In this document: positions 30,771 through 41,069 of the stretch, piece by piece | How the letters are laid out: the number at the start of each line of letters is the position of its first letter | Position numbering within the stretch: position 1 is the stretch's first letter | Virus record (IMG/VR): IMGVR_UViG_3300029305_004466 | DNA: 64,000 nt | Origin: a virus | Lineage: Duplodnaviria; Caudoviricetes | Reading direction: 5' to 3' (one strand) | Position numbers and translations under genes: made by a program | Notes under the pieces: generated by a model | What the model was told of the DNA's origin: nothing | Seen by the model: only the letters and a program-made list of their open reading frames with translations | The model's database searches: none

Positions 30771-31748
30771 CTAATTTGTTTTTATGAATTGGTCTGTTGG
30801 TACTATTTTCATTAATTTTACATTATCTATACCAACTGTCTTAACAATAGCTTTAACTTTTTCAAGTGCTGACTGTAAAGAAGCGTGTGTTGATAATATA
30901 AACCATGGGCTTTGTTCAATTCTTTCGTATGTATCGCATATGAGGTATGGGTACTCAGCTACTGATTCATAGTGAGCAGGTATTTCATATGTTTGAATAT
31001 CCACTGGATTTATTACTACTCTTTCACATGAATTTTCTTCAGAAGATACACAGGTGATATTTGTTTTGTAATTACCACTTCTTACTGTAGGATTTTCGTC
31101 AATAAATACAGGGCCTGAAAATACTTGGTTACTATATTCATATCCCCAATAAGCACTTCCCGTTCTGTTCAAATAAATTGCACCTGTTCCCTTTTTATAT
31201 ACTGACAATTCTGTTGACGCTAAAGCGTATATTGTAGAATTAATAATAATATCTTTTAGTTCATCTGATGTAAAATATGCACCATTTGCTGCTGCGGCAC
31301 TATCTTCGCATACAGTAATAGGGGCTTTAATATTTTTCTTTGCTACGATAAGACCATTTTCAATAGAGTCGCCCTCGATTAATAAATAATCTCCAGAATA
31401 GTCTCCATCAACTGCTCTTGAAATTAAATTTCTATCTATTGCATTTTTATCTCTAATAACATACCCTATAGATTTTGGCATCCAAGTTTTTTTATTGATA
31501 CGTTTTGTACCAGTAAATTTAAATAACATATTGTAGTTATCGTTAGCTGTATTGTTACCTTCTATGATGTAATCTGATTGTTCTGTATTAGCTTCTAATT
31601 TTTCTTCAGTTGTACCACAAGCTATTTTATGCTCATTATGATAAAATTCGAAACATTCTTTGTAAGGTACATCAACATCATTAAGTACAAATTGATTTGA
31701 ATTAGGGTTTGTATATCTATACAATACCTGATATTTTGTAGCCGCCAT
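30771..31748 (-). CDS. Hypothetical protein (long paralogue of 30281-30760)
   Basis: MAATKYQVLYRY...SPWF..H.SLQSAL.KVK. Confidence 0.65.
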   Translation of the reverse strand: MAATKYQVLYRYTNPNSNQFVLNDVDVPYKECFEFYHNEHKIACGTTEEKLEANTEQSDYIIEGNNTANDNYNMLFKFTGTKRINKKTWMPKSIGYVIRDKNAIDRNLISRAVDGDYSGDYLLIEGDSIENGLIVAKKNIKAPITVCEDSAAAANGAYFTSDELKDIIINSTIYALASTELSVYKKGTGAIYLNRTGSAYWGYEYSNQVFSGPVFIDENPTVRSGNYKTNITCVSSEENSCERVVINPVDIQTYEIPAHYESVAEYPYLICDTYERIEQSPWFILSTHASLQSALEKVKAIVKTVGIDNVKLMKIVPTDQFIKTN

Positions 31749-31760
31749 ATTATACCCTCC

Positions 31761-34700
31761 TTAAGTTTCTTTAATAGTAAGGCGTTTTCCTTTTTCTTTA
31801 TTGGCGTGATGCATTTCCCAATAACTCTCAAGTTTTTTATACAGTTCCGAAACGGCAAGATTACCTTTTCTGAACTGGTCAAACACTTCTGCTTGATTAT
31901 CATACATATTTGCTAAGATTACCATTTTATTTACTACATCGTTTAAAGGCATATTACCAGATTTTAATTCTGGGTCATACTCAATGCTAAGATTTTTATA
32001 TTTGCCTTTTTCTATAACAATATTGCCAACATAACAGAAACCTACATTATTAGAAACTTGACGCTTCAAAACTATAGTATTTTCTGTATTTGTTGCAGGT
32101 AATTCATAGCTTATGTAAGAACAGTTTGAGTATATTGTATCCACGTAATCATCATTTATATACACTTCAACATTCCCGCCAGAGAAACTAACAGAAAAAG
32201 ATACTTTGCTATCTTCTCTATTATAAGCATATAATTTAATATACGCTTCATTTCCTGTTACTGTTGAAGTGGTTGCCAGTACTTTCAATGTCTTATTTAC
32301 ATAAAAATTACACAATTCATTTTCAATTTGACACTCTCCAGATTGTAAATTAGATTTTAAATCTTCGTATTCACATGTTATTTTATACTGAGCATTATGC
32401 ATTACACTAGTTTCACCAAACCAACGGATTTGCCTAAATACTCTCAATGCTGGCTCAAGATATTCTGTACCTGAGTAACTTAATATAATATACGAATATA
32501 TATAGTCCAGCATTAATTTTAATGAATCTACCATTGACATATTGCCAAACTTAAATATGTTTGCATACCATATTTGATAAAATTTCATAAATATATCATA
32601 CATTAAATCTGCTGGAACGTCTATATAAATTATTCCAGTTTCTTCGTAATCTGGAGTAGGATGCTTTATAGGGTATTTTGCTATAAAGGTATTATCATCT
32701 AATATCTTTATAGGTTTTCTAGGTCTCATTTTCTCTTTATCGAAAATAATATCTTCAAAAGTACTGTAATCAAAGTCTTTTTCTGGAAGTAATAATTCAT
32801 CTAACCCATAGTATTCATAGTTCGGGTCAATTGGGTCTTCGTATTGATATACATAAGCCCAGTTATATGTTTTTACAACTGGTCTTTCCATATCTTTTAT
32901 TGTCTTTTGCATTTGTTTTAGCTCTGAAACATATTTATTTGTTTCATATTGCTGCTTTGTGATAAAGATATAATCTCCCGTGTCTACATTTATTTCTTTT
33001 CGCTTAGAGGCGGGTAATACTGAATTTGTAAACACTTCTGTTTCAACAGCTTTATCAACAAATACTTCATCATTAGCAATAAATGCTTCATATATTTTAT
33101 CTACATCAATTTGCGTATTAGAAGCATTACCAATGTATATTTTTCTGTTAATCCATTCCTCTTTTTGAGTGAATCCATTTTTAAAGATGTTTACATAAAA
33201 TTCACTATTATTTAACGTAGTTTCTATACCGTCTTTATGTACATATACTTCTGTATATTCCATAAAACCTTTTTTAATAATTGTAATGTCAATATTCCCA
33301 TTTTCTATAGATGTACTTTTTGCACCCATTGTAAAGGTTACGTTATTTCTTTCTGTACCTACATATTTACTTATTTTTAAAATACTAATATCACTTTGAA
33401 TAAAAGCATTCTTATTTATAGTTACAAGTGTGTTACCAGCATAATATTTAGTATTTTTTAATATTTTATCGAATGTCAATTCTGAAAAGTTTAGCATTGT
33501 CTTTTTAGCGTTATTTGTCATCATAATTCCATGGTAATAATCTATGAAAGCTTTCTTTTGTTCGGTGATAATAAATATATTACCTAATGAATTCGCTTTT
33601 TCTTTATCTTTCTCAAGGAAAATTTTAGTTTCTGCGGAAAAACTATTCATAGAATTTGTGCTTATTGTCTGGCTATTATTATCTACAAAAGTATTTTTAC
33701 CCGCTAAGATAAATCCTATAGTATTATCATGACTTTCAATACCTAATGGTAAATATTTATCTGCTAAATTAATATCAGCATAAGTGATAGCAGTATTAAA
33801 TTTACCTTTATAAGCAAACCAATGTTTATCTTTTGCTGTGTCTTTTTTAAAAGCACTAAGCCATTTTTGTGTATTATCTATGTTTATTCCATTATCTCTA
33901 AGAGAGAGTTCGTAAAGATTATCAAGTATACTAAACCCAACTTTATCTCTGGCATTTATTATAATATTTTCGTTATTATTCATTTGTAATATTTTTGTTC
34001 TCTTAGAAAATGAGTCTGAAAAACTTTTCCAGAATACGCCTTTGTTTTCTTTACTTAAGAATTTCTCTTCATACATTAAAGAAATCTCGGCTATTTCTCT
34101 ATGCAAATAATATAAGATATTTTGCTTAAAAGTTTTTATTTGCACTTCTTGCATGAGTGCGTCTACATTATTCAGTACAGACTTTTTAATATCTTTTTCT
34201 AAACTTTTACTTTGAGATGTATAAGTATCTTTTACATCTTTAGCTAAAGCTTTATTCTTAAACTTATTTACATATTTTATATCTTTAAATATTGAATAGA
34301 TTCTTCTGAGAATTAGACTTTCTTTTTCAGAGTGGAAACCAAATAAGTCTTTATTCTTTATGCCCTTTTTGCTATCTTTGATAGAAGAGTATACTCTATA
34401 ATCAAGGTAAGCTATTTTATTTTGTTTTTGCCCTAACATTTCTTTAAAAATATGAGTATCATGTATATCTTTAAAAGATACTTTCATTTTATTTATATTA
34501 GTATATCTATTAGTATTTTTACGAACAGTAATCTGAGCGTAACAATTAGTATAATATTTTTTATCGTCAATCTTTGAACTTAATATATTATATACATATA
34601 AATGATTGTCGGTTCCAATTGCATATATTTCTTTATTCAGAAAAATCTTATCAGTTTCTCTTTGTCGTAATATTTTAATATCAAAAGTACACAGATGATT

Positions 34701-35648
34701 TATTTCACCTTGCCCCCACTTAATGCTAAAAGTTTGTAAATGATTAATATCGCCAGTTAACATGAAGTCCTTATATACATACAACGTTCCCAGAGGCTCA
34801 TACAGCGATTTTATTTCATTTACATATAAATTGTTAATGGGACCCTCTAAAAACCTATTCTGAGCAATTCTGAGATGTTCTTGAGGGTATAAATCTTTGA
34901 CTGTTATTTGTGTAGAGAGAATTGTATCTTTAGCTTTCTTTTTTAATTCTGGAGTTTTATATATATTTAAAATAATCGGGAAATCATTTAAAAACAATTC
35001 ATCGAAAGTGTCTAATAATAAAGTTCCTCTTTTTGCTTGTTGTATTTTAGTTATAGTTATCTTTTTTGGGGCATCCTTTTTATTAATGGCATTAACGTTA
35101 TATACATTTAATATGCCGATTCTTTCTTTTAGTAAAAATTCTCTTATTATATCTATATTGTTATCTTTTTCATGAAGCATATTGTATTCATAACAATTAG
35201 TATTATTATCTCTGCTATTTATTGACACTCCTTCTGTGAATACATGAGTTTTGTTATCACTCTTTAAAAGAGGGTTATTCATAAAAACATTTGTATTTAA
35301 TGCCCTTTGTTCTAAGGATATATATCGGTTTTGTGTTATTTGCTTATCTAAAAGTTCTAAAGATACTTTTGTATTGCTTATTTCAAGATTTATAGGTTTA
35401 GAGAACCACGCTTGGTCTTCTCTTAAAGTTATATCTCTATCTCTTTTACTTAAAAGCAGCTCTCTGCATTTATAATAAAAAATGCCCCTTTCTCTTTTAC
35501 CGACAAAGATAGGGGCATTGAATTTACGCAAATCAGAGAAGATGTCTCTGTCATAGGTAAAAGCATATTCATTTGTCGCAACGTATGAATATTCAAATGG
35601 CTGAATTCTACCTATGACAGGCGAATTAAATTCAAAATTATAATTCAT
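31761..35648 (-). CDS. Large structural protein with long degenerate K/N/I-rich repeat region
   Basis: 1295-aa ORF, very AT-rich middle, globular-looking C-terminus. Confidence 0.6.
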   Translation of the reverse strand: MNYNFEFNSPVIGRIQPFEYSYVATNEYAFTYDRDIFSDLRKFNAPIFVGKRERGIFYYKCRELLLSKRDRDITLREDQAWFSKPINLEISNTKVSLELLDKQITQNRYISLEQRALNTNVFMNNPLLKSDNKTHVFTEGVSINSRDNNTNCYEYNMLHEKDNNIDIIREFLLKERIGILNVYNVNAINKKDAPKKITITKIQQAKRGTLLLDTFDELFLNDFPIILNIYKTPELKKKAKDTILSTQITVKDLYPQEHLRIAQNRFLEGPINNLYVNEIKSLYEPLGTLYVYKDFMLTGDINHLQTFSIKWGQGEINHLCTFDIKILRQRETDKIFLNKEIYAIGTDNHLYVYNILSSKIDDKKYYTNCYAQITVRKNTNRYTNINKMKVSFKDIHDTHIFKEMLGQKQNKIAYLDYRVYSSIKDSKKGIKNKDLFGFHSEKESLILRRIYSIFKDIKYVNKFKNKALAKDVKDTYTSQSKSLEKDIKKSVLNNVDALMQEVQIKTFKQNILYYLHREIAEISLMYEEKFLSKENKGVFWKSFSDSFSKRTKILQMNNNENIIINARDKVGFSILDNLYELSLRDNGINIDNTQKWLSAFKKDTAKDKHWFAYKGKFNTAITYADINLADKYLPLGIESHDNTIGFILAGKNTFVDNNSQTISTNSMNSFSAETKIFLEKDKEKANSLGNIFIITEQKKAFIDYYHGIMMTNNAKKTMLNFSELTFDKILKNTKYYAGNTLVTINKNAFIQSDISILKISKYVGTERNNVTFTMGAKSTSIENGNIDITIIKKGFMEYTEVYVHKDGIETTLNNSEFYVNIFKNGFTQKEEWINRKIYIGNASNTQIDVDKIYEAFIANDEVFVDKAVETEVFTNSVLPASKRKEINVDTGDYIFITKQQYETNKYVSELKQMQKTIKDMERPVVKTYNWAYVYQYEDPIDPNYEYYGLDELLLPEKDFDYSTFEDIIFDKEKMRPRKPIKILDDNTFIAKYPIKHPTPDYEETGIIYIDVPADLMYDIFMKFYQIWYANIFKFGNMSMVDSLKLMLDYIYSYIILSYSGTEYLEPALRVFRQIRWFGETSVMHNAQYKITCEYEDLKSNLQSGECQIENELCNFYVNKTLKVLATTSTVTGNEAYIKLYAYNREDSKVSFSVSFSGGNVEVYINDDYVDTIYSNCSYISYELPATNTENTIVLKRQVSNNVGFCYVGNIVIEKGKYKNLSIEYDPELKSGNMPLNDVVNKMVILANMYDNQAEVFDQFRKGNLAVSELYKKLESYWEMHHANKEKGKRLTIKET

Positions 35649-35676
35649 CTAAACATCTCCATTATTTTATATTTTA

Positions 35677-37110
35677 TTAGTTAGTTCCCGTACCGCCTGT
35701 ATCTGGGGCTGGAGCTGGGGTTTCTGGTGTTAAGTTATCCAGTGAGAATCTATAGAACAATGTCATATAGCTTATTGCTCCGTCATATCCGTTAACGGAC
35801 ATTACACATCTAAGAACAAGTTTAGTCTTAGTTGGGATTGAACCCGGGTCTAATGTAAGCGTCATGCTGTTATTGTTCTGCTGTAAACCAGCTGAAGAGT
35901 ATTCTGTTGGAGGAATTGCAACTGGAGTTGTATCAACTGTATCAGGGTCAATAGTGTGCCAATTAATACTTGTAACTTTGATACCAGACTTAGTTAAAGC
36001 ATTGGATGCCGTAATTGTTGCAATACCGTTTGCAGTATACATATCAAGAACAGAAGAATTTTCGCCTGTAGTATCGAAGAATATTGTTCTTTCAGATGTA
36101 TCATTAATTGTTGCCAATGAGAAAATAGTATTATACTTAATATCCTTAAGATTGAACATGGATACATTTTCAGTCATGTAATCTACTATTTCTTTATTGG
36201 TTAATGCAAGTGAAAGTGTCTTTAACTTAAATGTTACAGAATCAATAACATTTTCTACACCTTCAATATTAATGGAAGCCTTTAATGTAAGACCGCCAAT
36301 ACGATAATAAGTTTTACCATAAGCACTCTCTACTTTGGAATTTACAATATCTAATACGGAATCCTTAACTAAAATATCTTTTTGTTCATACATTTCGGTA
36401 TAAGTAGGTCTTGTAATTGTACCAGAAGTAGGAGAATCAGAAGTATCAATACGATACTTGTTTTCTATAAAAGGACTTAACGCATCTTCAGTAACAGTCC
36501 ATGTTACCTTAATAGGGTTTTCCACTAAGTCATTCGTAATTGTCTTAACGAGATTCAATGGATAAACTACATTATACATACCATTTGTATTAGGGTCTGA
36601 AGATTCAGTTGCGTTTTTACCTTTAATAGTATCCCATGTAAGAGTATTAAGTGCAACCTGCACAAGTTCTTCTGCTGTGTAAGGTTCAATACTAACTGTG
36701 ATACTTCTTTCAGCTGCTGCGTTATTTTTGGTAACTCTAATTGTTAAAGTACCAACTACCGCATTTGCACCATAAGGTGGGCGTTTAACAACAATACCAT
36801 CGCTATTGAAGTAATCACTAATATTATCGCCGTCAACATCATATTTAATAGCAGTTCCATTGTCACCTTTATCTGGCATATAAGCAGTAAGGTTGGAAGT
36901 AATACCAGTAACACCATTTTCAAGTAATCTATCTGAAACGGTATTAAGGTCTATTGTTACAGCCTGTTCGTCTGTAAGACCCGGCTTCTTGACCATACAT
37001 TTAAAAAACTGATAAGCTGTATAGTGAGCTTTAGGACTTGTTACTCTGGCTCTTAATGTAACACCAGTTTGTTCATCCTGTTGTGTAACAACACCAACAA
37101 AATTAGCCAT
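35677..37110 (-). CDS. Virion structural protein (Ig-like repeats)
   Basis: G.NGT.I.....DG.V.RP...LT and GTITRP repeats. Confidence 0.5.
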   Translation of the reverse strand: MANFVGVVTQQDEQTGVTLRARVTSPKAHYTAYQFFKCMVKKPGLTDEQAVTIDLNTVSDRLLENGVTGITSNLTAYMPDKGDNGTAIKYDVDGDNISDYFNSDGIVVKRPPYGANAVVGTLTIRVTKNNAAAERSITVSIEPYTAEELVQVALNTLTWDTIKGKNATESSDPNTNGMYNVVYPLNLVKTITNDLVENPIKVTWTVTEDALSPFIENKYRIDTSDSPTSGTITRPTYTEMYEQKDILVKDSVLDIVNSKVESAYGKTYYRIGGLTLKASINIEGVENVIDSVTFKLKTLSLALTNKEIVDYMTENVSMFNLKDIKYNTIFSLATINDTSERTIFFDTTGENSSVLDMYTANGIATITASNALTKSGIKVTSINWHTIDPDTVDTTPVAIPPTEYSSAGLQQNNNSMTLTLDPGSIPTKTKLVLRCVMSVNGYDGAISYMTLFYRFSLDNLTPETPAPAPDTGGTGTN

Positions 37111-37133
37111 AGAAATTCCTCCGTTCTATTTTT

Positions 37134-37167
37134 TAAAATATAGGGCTTCGAGAAATCGAAGCCCTAT
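37134..37167 (-). terminator. Stem-loop/terminator after the 1118-aa gene
   Basis: ATAGGGCTTCGA-gaaa-TCGAAGCCCTAT with a short U-rich tail on the minus strand. Confidence 0.6.
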
Positions 37168-37173
37168 TTATTA

Positions 37174-40100
37174 TTACAGTGCTTCAGAAGTAAAGCTTAC
37201 GCTTATGTTTGCGTCTTGAGTTACTTTGTTTAAAGTAATAATATAATTATCACCGTCTTGTGTCAAACCTTCTTTTGTTATTTTGTTTATGCTTCCATCG
37301 GCAAAAACGATTTCAACAGAATCAATTTCCCAACCATTATCAGGTTTAACTGATGCTACATAATCTTCGCCATGGTTAACAATAGTGATAGGCACTGTGT
37401 TAAGTATACCAGAACCAGTTGTAATACCAATTCTTACTTCACATGGGTATTTGATTAAATCCCGTGTTATATCACAAGTAGCAAATCTCTTAATTAACGC
37501 TTGGTCTTCATTTTCTTGTACTTCATATACGATGAATTTATAACCCGGACGAGCATTTTCAAGTCTGAGTTCCTGTGTACCACTTTCAGCAGTGATTTCT
37601 CCACAATAAGGAACACCTTCAACGCCATAGAAGTAATCGTCTGTTGCATAAACTCCTTCGTTATTAGGAGGTGTCATTCTTACACGAATAACAGCGTCAT
37701 TATTAATAGTAGGAATTTCAGGAACAACACCATAGTAAATCTTATTGGATGTAGTGTTTGCGGTAAATGCGGTTACATCAAAGTTAACCTTACTTGCTAA
37801 CTTACTACCAATGAAACTAGCAACTGGTGTTAATGCAGATGCATCAATTTCTTCACCAACAAGAGGAGTATTTTCGTCACCAGTAAGTCCAGTAGATACT
37901 ACACATAAACTGATTGGGCTATAATCTGTCTTATTGGTTTCGGTAACTGACCACTTACTATTATCTACGATATCCCATAATACCGTAGAACCATTTGAAG
38001 TTTTAGCTAACGGATAAATGTTATTGGAAATTCCCCACCATGATTCATCAGCCAACAGTTTAAGTTCATCAATTGCAATTGCAACAATTTTCTGTTCATC
38101 ACTGTAGTCTGGCTCAATTTCATTCTTCTTAATGGCAACACCATATCTTGCATTTGGTGAATCACTTAATGGAGAGTAAGGAGCTGAAATTGGGAAGTAT
38201 ACATATGTTTCTTCGTATTCTTCTGGTTCTTTTTCGAAGTCCTTGTTAATAACAAGTTCATCAAATGGGAACAAGCTTGCACTGTCAATAACAAGCATAT
38301 CATTCAGCATACCTCTTGGACCATCATTACCATGAGTAATCTTAATTCTATCGGCATAATATTCATTGGTGTACATTGATTTACCGTACATAACCTTGGA
38401 CATATATTCTTCAGTTGTTGTAAACATCATATGATGCTTCTGATAATATGCCTTTGATTGTGTATGATACATCATAACAGAAGTTGTACCGTCAGATGTA
38501 TTTAAACCATAAGTATCGGTCTTTTTAACATCAATAACGTTACCAAACATGTCACGTTCTACACCACTGGTTAATACTATTTTTTCTTCATAGTATGGAT
38601 AACCAATGTATAATGTGTAGTTTGAATCATAAGCCTGATGAATAGTAATTACAGCTTGATTTTCTTCTACATAGTTAATCTTGTACACTGTCTTTAATTC
38701 AGTGATAGGAAGATTATTACCATCTAAGATAATGTATTTAGGCCACAGTTCTTTATTGTAGAAACGTCCTTCCGGAAGTTTTACATAGTATTCTGTAGTA
38801 TTATCAAGACAGCGAATAGAATAAGCACTCTGTAAGAACGTATTAAACTCAGGAGAGGCATAATTAGTTCCAACGAAATCAATTGTGCTGTAATTCTTTT
38901 CTCTTGTTAATTCACTCTTACAAGGTTCTGTGCTTGAAGAAACGAACAGAGCAAAGTTGCCTGCCGTATCATTAATTGAAAAATCGAAAGAATCAATTTT
39001 ACCACAATAACAAGCGGATACGAGATGTCTTTCTCTTGAATAATCAAGAGAAGGATTACCCATTACGATTAAGTTGAATCTGTCGTTATTGGTATTAATC
39101 CAGTAACGTACTTTAGTTTCGCCATTTAAGCCTGCTGTCTGTAAAGGAACAAGTAAAGTGCCATCAGATACAGCATTTATTGAAACGTCAGCATCAATTT
39201 CGTCCTGATAGATTTCTTCAAAGTCCTGATACCAAGAAAGTTTACACCAGTCAGACACATGAGCTCTTTGAACAACTACTTCACCTTTATCGTTGTATGT
39301 TGTTACAGAAGGACCATTTCCTTCTTCATTTAAGTCATCATACAAACGCATTAACAGATAGTGGTTATTCAGCATATATGTTCTTTCGGAAACATCGCTA
39401 GTTGCGGATTTTTCTACGTCATATCTGATTACGATGTGACCATTCTTAACAATATCGCCTGTAATTGTTGAGAATAAAATACCACGGTTATTTAAAACAT
39501 TAGGGTCATATGACCACAAACTCTTATCCAATGGAATATAAACACCTTCGATATAATATTCAGGGACAATCTTTGTAATGATATTATCATTTGCATCAGC
39601 CTCTTTGACTACATATGTGCCAGAAACTGTATATACATCTTTACTGGTTATAGCTTCAACAGAAAAGATAAAACTTGTATCATCTTCATATACAGCTTGG
39701 AATTTCAATGTTGTGAAGTTCTGGAACTGATTATCATCAACATTTAATGCTTCTCTAATTGCTGAATATAATTCGTTATCTTTTGCTTTAATTTCAAGGA
39801 TTTGAGTCTTATCAAAAACCAAATCAGCAGTAGCTGCACCCGGAATTGTTGGAGCATAGAATCCTTCTTTTTCAGCGTTCTCACCGTAAATAGCGATAAC
39901 TTTAGAAATCATGAGTCTAAACTGAGCCATTGAGGTATACTTAATGGTCTGTTTGTTAATTTCGTCAGAAGTAGAAATAGTACAACAACCATTACCCGGA
40001 AGTGTGATTATTTCTTCAACACGTTTTGTAACGCTTAATGCATCCTGATACATATCTTTTGTAATTACCTTAGGAATAACGCCTTCTTTTTCACAATCAA

Positions 40101-40530
40101 GAGGATATTCTTCAGGGTTTGCAACATAAGTAGGCTTATAGATTTCAAGATACATGGTTAATGATTCTTTTAACTCATCGCTATCCTGTAATAAGTCACC
40201 GGAAGTCTTTTTAATCTCTGTCGGAGTTGTTGTTGTTTTCAGAATAACCGTATCAGAGATTTGACTAATCTGGTTCAGAATCTTAGCCTGATACTCTTCT
40301 GGGGACATATTATCAGCATCTACATTAATTGTAGTGTCTGGCTTTGGATAAGCAATATCCCAGTTCTTTTTCTGTAAAACGAATGATGGAAGCAGAGTAT
40401 TACCGTTTACATCTTTGACTTCGTTTGAGCACACACCAATGGATAAAACCTTAGCGAGCTCTTTTACTATGTCCTTAGTAGAACAAAGACCTTCGTGATA
40501 TCTATACGCCTTGTATTTCTGTTCAGACAT
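37174..40530 (-). CDS. Large virion structural protein with C-terminal Ig-like repeat
   Basis: 1118 aa; C-terminal VNHGEDY...KPDNGWEIDSV...YIITLNKVTQDANISVSF. Confidence 0.6.
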   Translation of the reverse strand: MSEQKYKAYRYHEGLCSTKDIVKELAKVLSIGVCSNEVKDVNGNTLLPSFVLQKKNWDIAYPKPDTTINVDADNMSPEEYQAKILNQISQISDTVILKTTTTPTEIKKTSGDLLQDSDELKESLTMYLEIYKPTYVANPEEYPLDCEKEGVIPKVITKDMYQDALSVTKRVEEIITLPGNGCCTISTSDEINKQTIKYTSMAQFRLMISKVIAIYGENAEKEGFYAPTIPGAATADLVFDKTQILEIKAKDNELYSAIREALNVDDNQFQNFTTLKFQAVYEDDTSFIFSVEAITSKDVYTVSGTYVVKEADANDNIITKIVPEYYIEGVYIPLDKSLWSYDPNVLNNRGILFSTITGDIVKNGHIVIRYDVEKSATSDVSERTYMLNNHYLLMRLYDDLNEEGNGPSVTTYNDKGEVVVQRAHVSDWCKLSWYQDFEEIYQDEIDADVSINAVSDGTLLVPLQTAGLNGETKVRYWINTNNDRFNLIVMGNPSLDYSRERHLVSACYCGKIDSFDFSINDTAGNFALFVSSSTEPCKSELTREKNYSTIDFVGTNYASPEFNTFLQSAYSIRCLDNTTEYYVKLPEGRFYNKELWPKYIILDGNNLPITELKTVYKINYVEENQAVITIHQAYDSNYTLYIGYPYYEEKIVLTSGVERDMFGNVIDVKKTDTYGLNTSDGTTSVMMYHTQSKAYYQKHHMMFTTTEEYMSKVMYGKSMYTNEYYADRIKITHGNDGPRGMLNDMLVIDSASLFPFDELVINKDFEKEPEEYEETYVYFPISAPYSPLSDSPNARYGVAIKKNEIEPDYSDEQKIVAIAIDELKLLADESWWGISNNIYPLAKTSNGSTVLWDIVDNSKWSVTETNKTDYSPISLCVVSTGLTGDENTPLVGEEIDASALTPVASFIGSKLASKVNFDVTAFTANTTSNKIYYGVVPEIPTINNDAVIRVRMTPPNNEGVYATDDYFYGVEGVPYCGEITAESGTQELRLENARPGYKFIVYEVQENEDQALIKRFATCDITRDLIKYPCEVRIGITTGSGILNTVPITIVNHGEDYVASVKPDNGWEIDSVEIVFADGSINKITKEGLTQDGDNYIITLNKVTQDANISVSFTSEAL

Positions 40531-40555
40531 TTTATTTTCCTCCTATCTTTATTTA

Positions 40556-41056
40556 TTAAACACCGCTATCGTCATCTGGTACTACGGGTAAAGCGGGTGT
40601 AATAACATCTTCGTCTTCAGGTTCTTGTTTTACATATTCTCCATCAACTAACATACGGATGCCCATCCATACTTTTTTTGATGTGCCTGAAACATTATTA
40701 AACTCCAAACGGAATTTTGTTTTAGGTTCAAGTACATATACATAAGTTGAAGTTCCTATGAAAAGACCCTCTTTTACTTCTGTAGGATACCAAGTTTCAA
40801 ACCATAATTCATCGTTTACATATAAATTATAATAGTCTTCTTCTCCATATCCACTGCACGTAATTACTAATGCGAGTAGTTCTGCATTTTCGTCTGGTGA
40901 TTCGTACTCTAAATAATATACGCCTTGAAGTGCAGGAAGTGTCATTGCTACCATTTTATTGTAAGGTCTAGATAATTGTGCAAAATTCTTTATTTGCTCT
41001 ATATATTTGACCTTATCAACTTCACCGCCTACTTGATAATTAGTTACGAATGCCAT
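40556..41056 (-). CDS. Structural protein
   Basis: ORF with RBS inside the structural operon. Confidence 0.5.
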   Translation of the reverse strand: MAFVTNYQVGGEVDKVKYIEQIKNFAQLSRPYNKMVAMTLPALQGVYYLEYESPDENAELLALVITCSGYGEEDYYNLYVNDELWFETWYPTEVKEGLFIGTSTYVYVLEPKTKFRLEFNNVSGTSKKVWMGIRMLVDGEYVKQEPEDEDVITPALPVVPDDDSGV

Positions 41057-41069
41057 TTACACTTACCCC

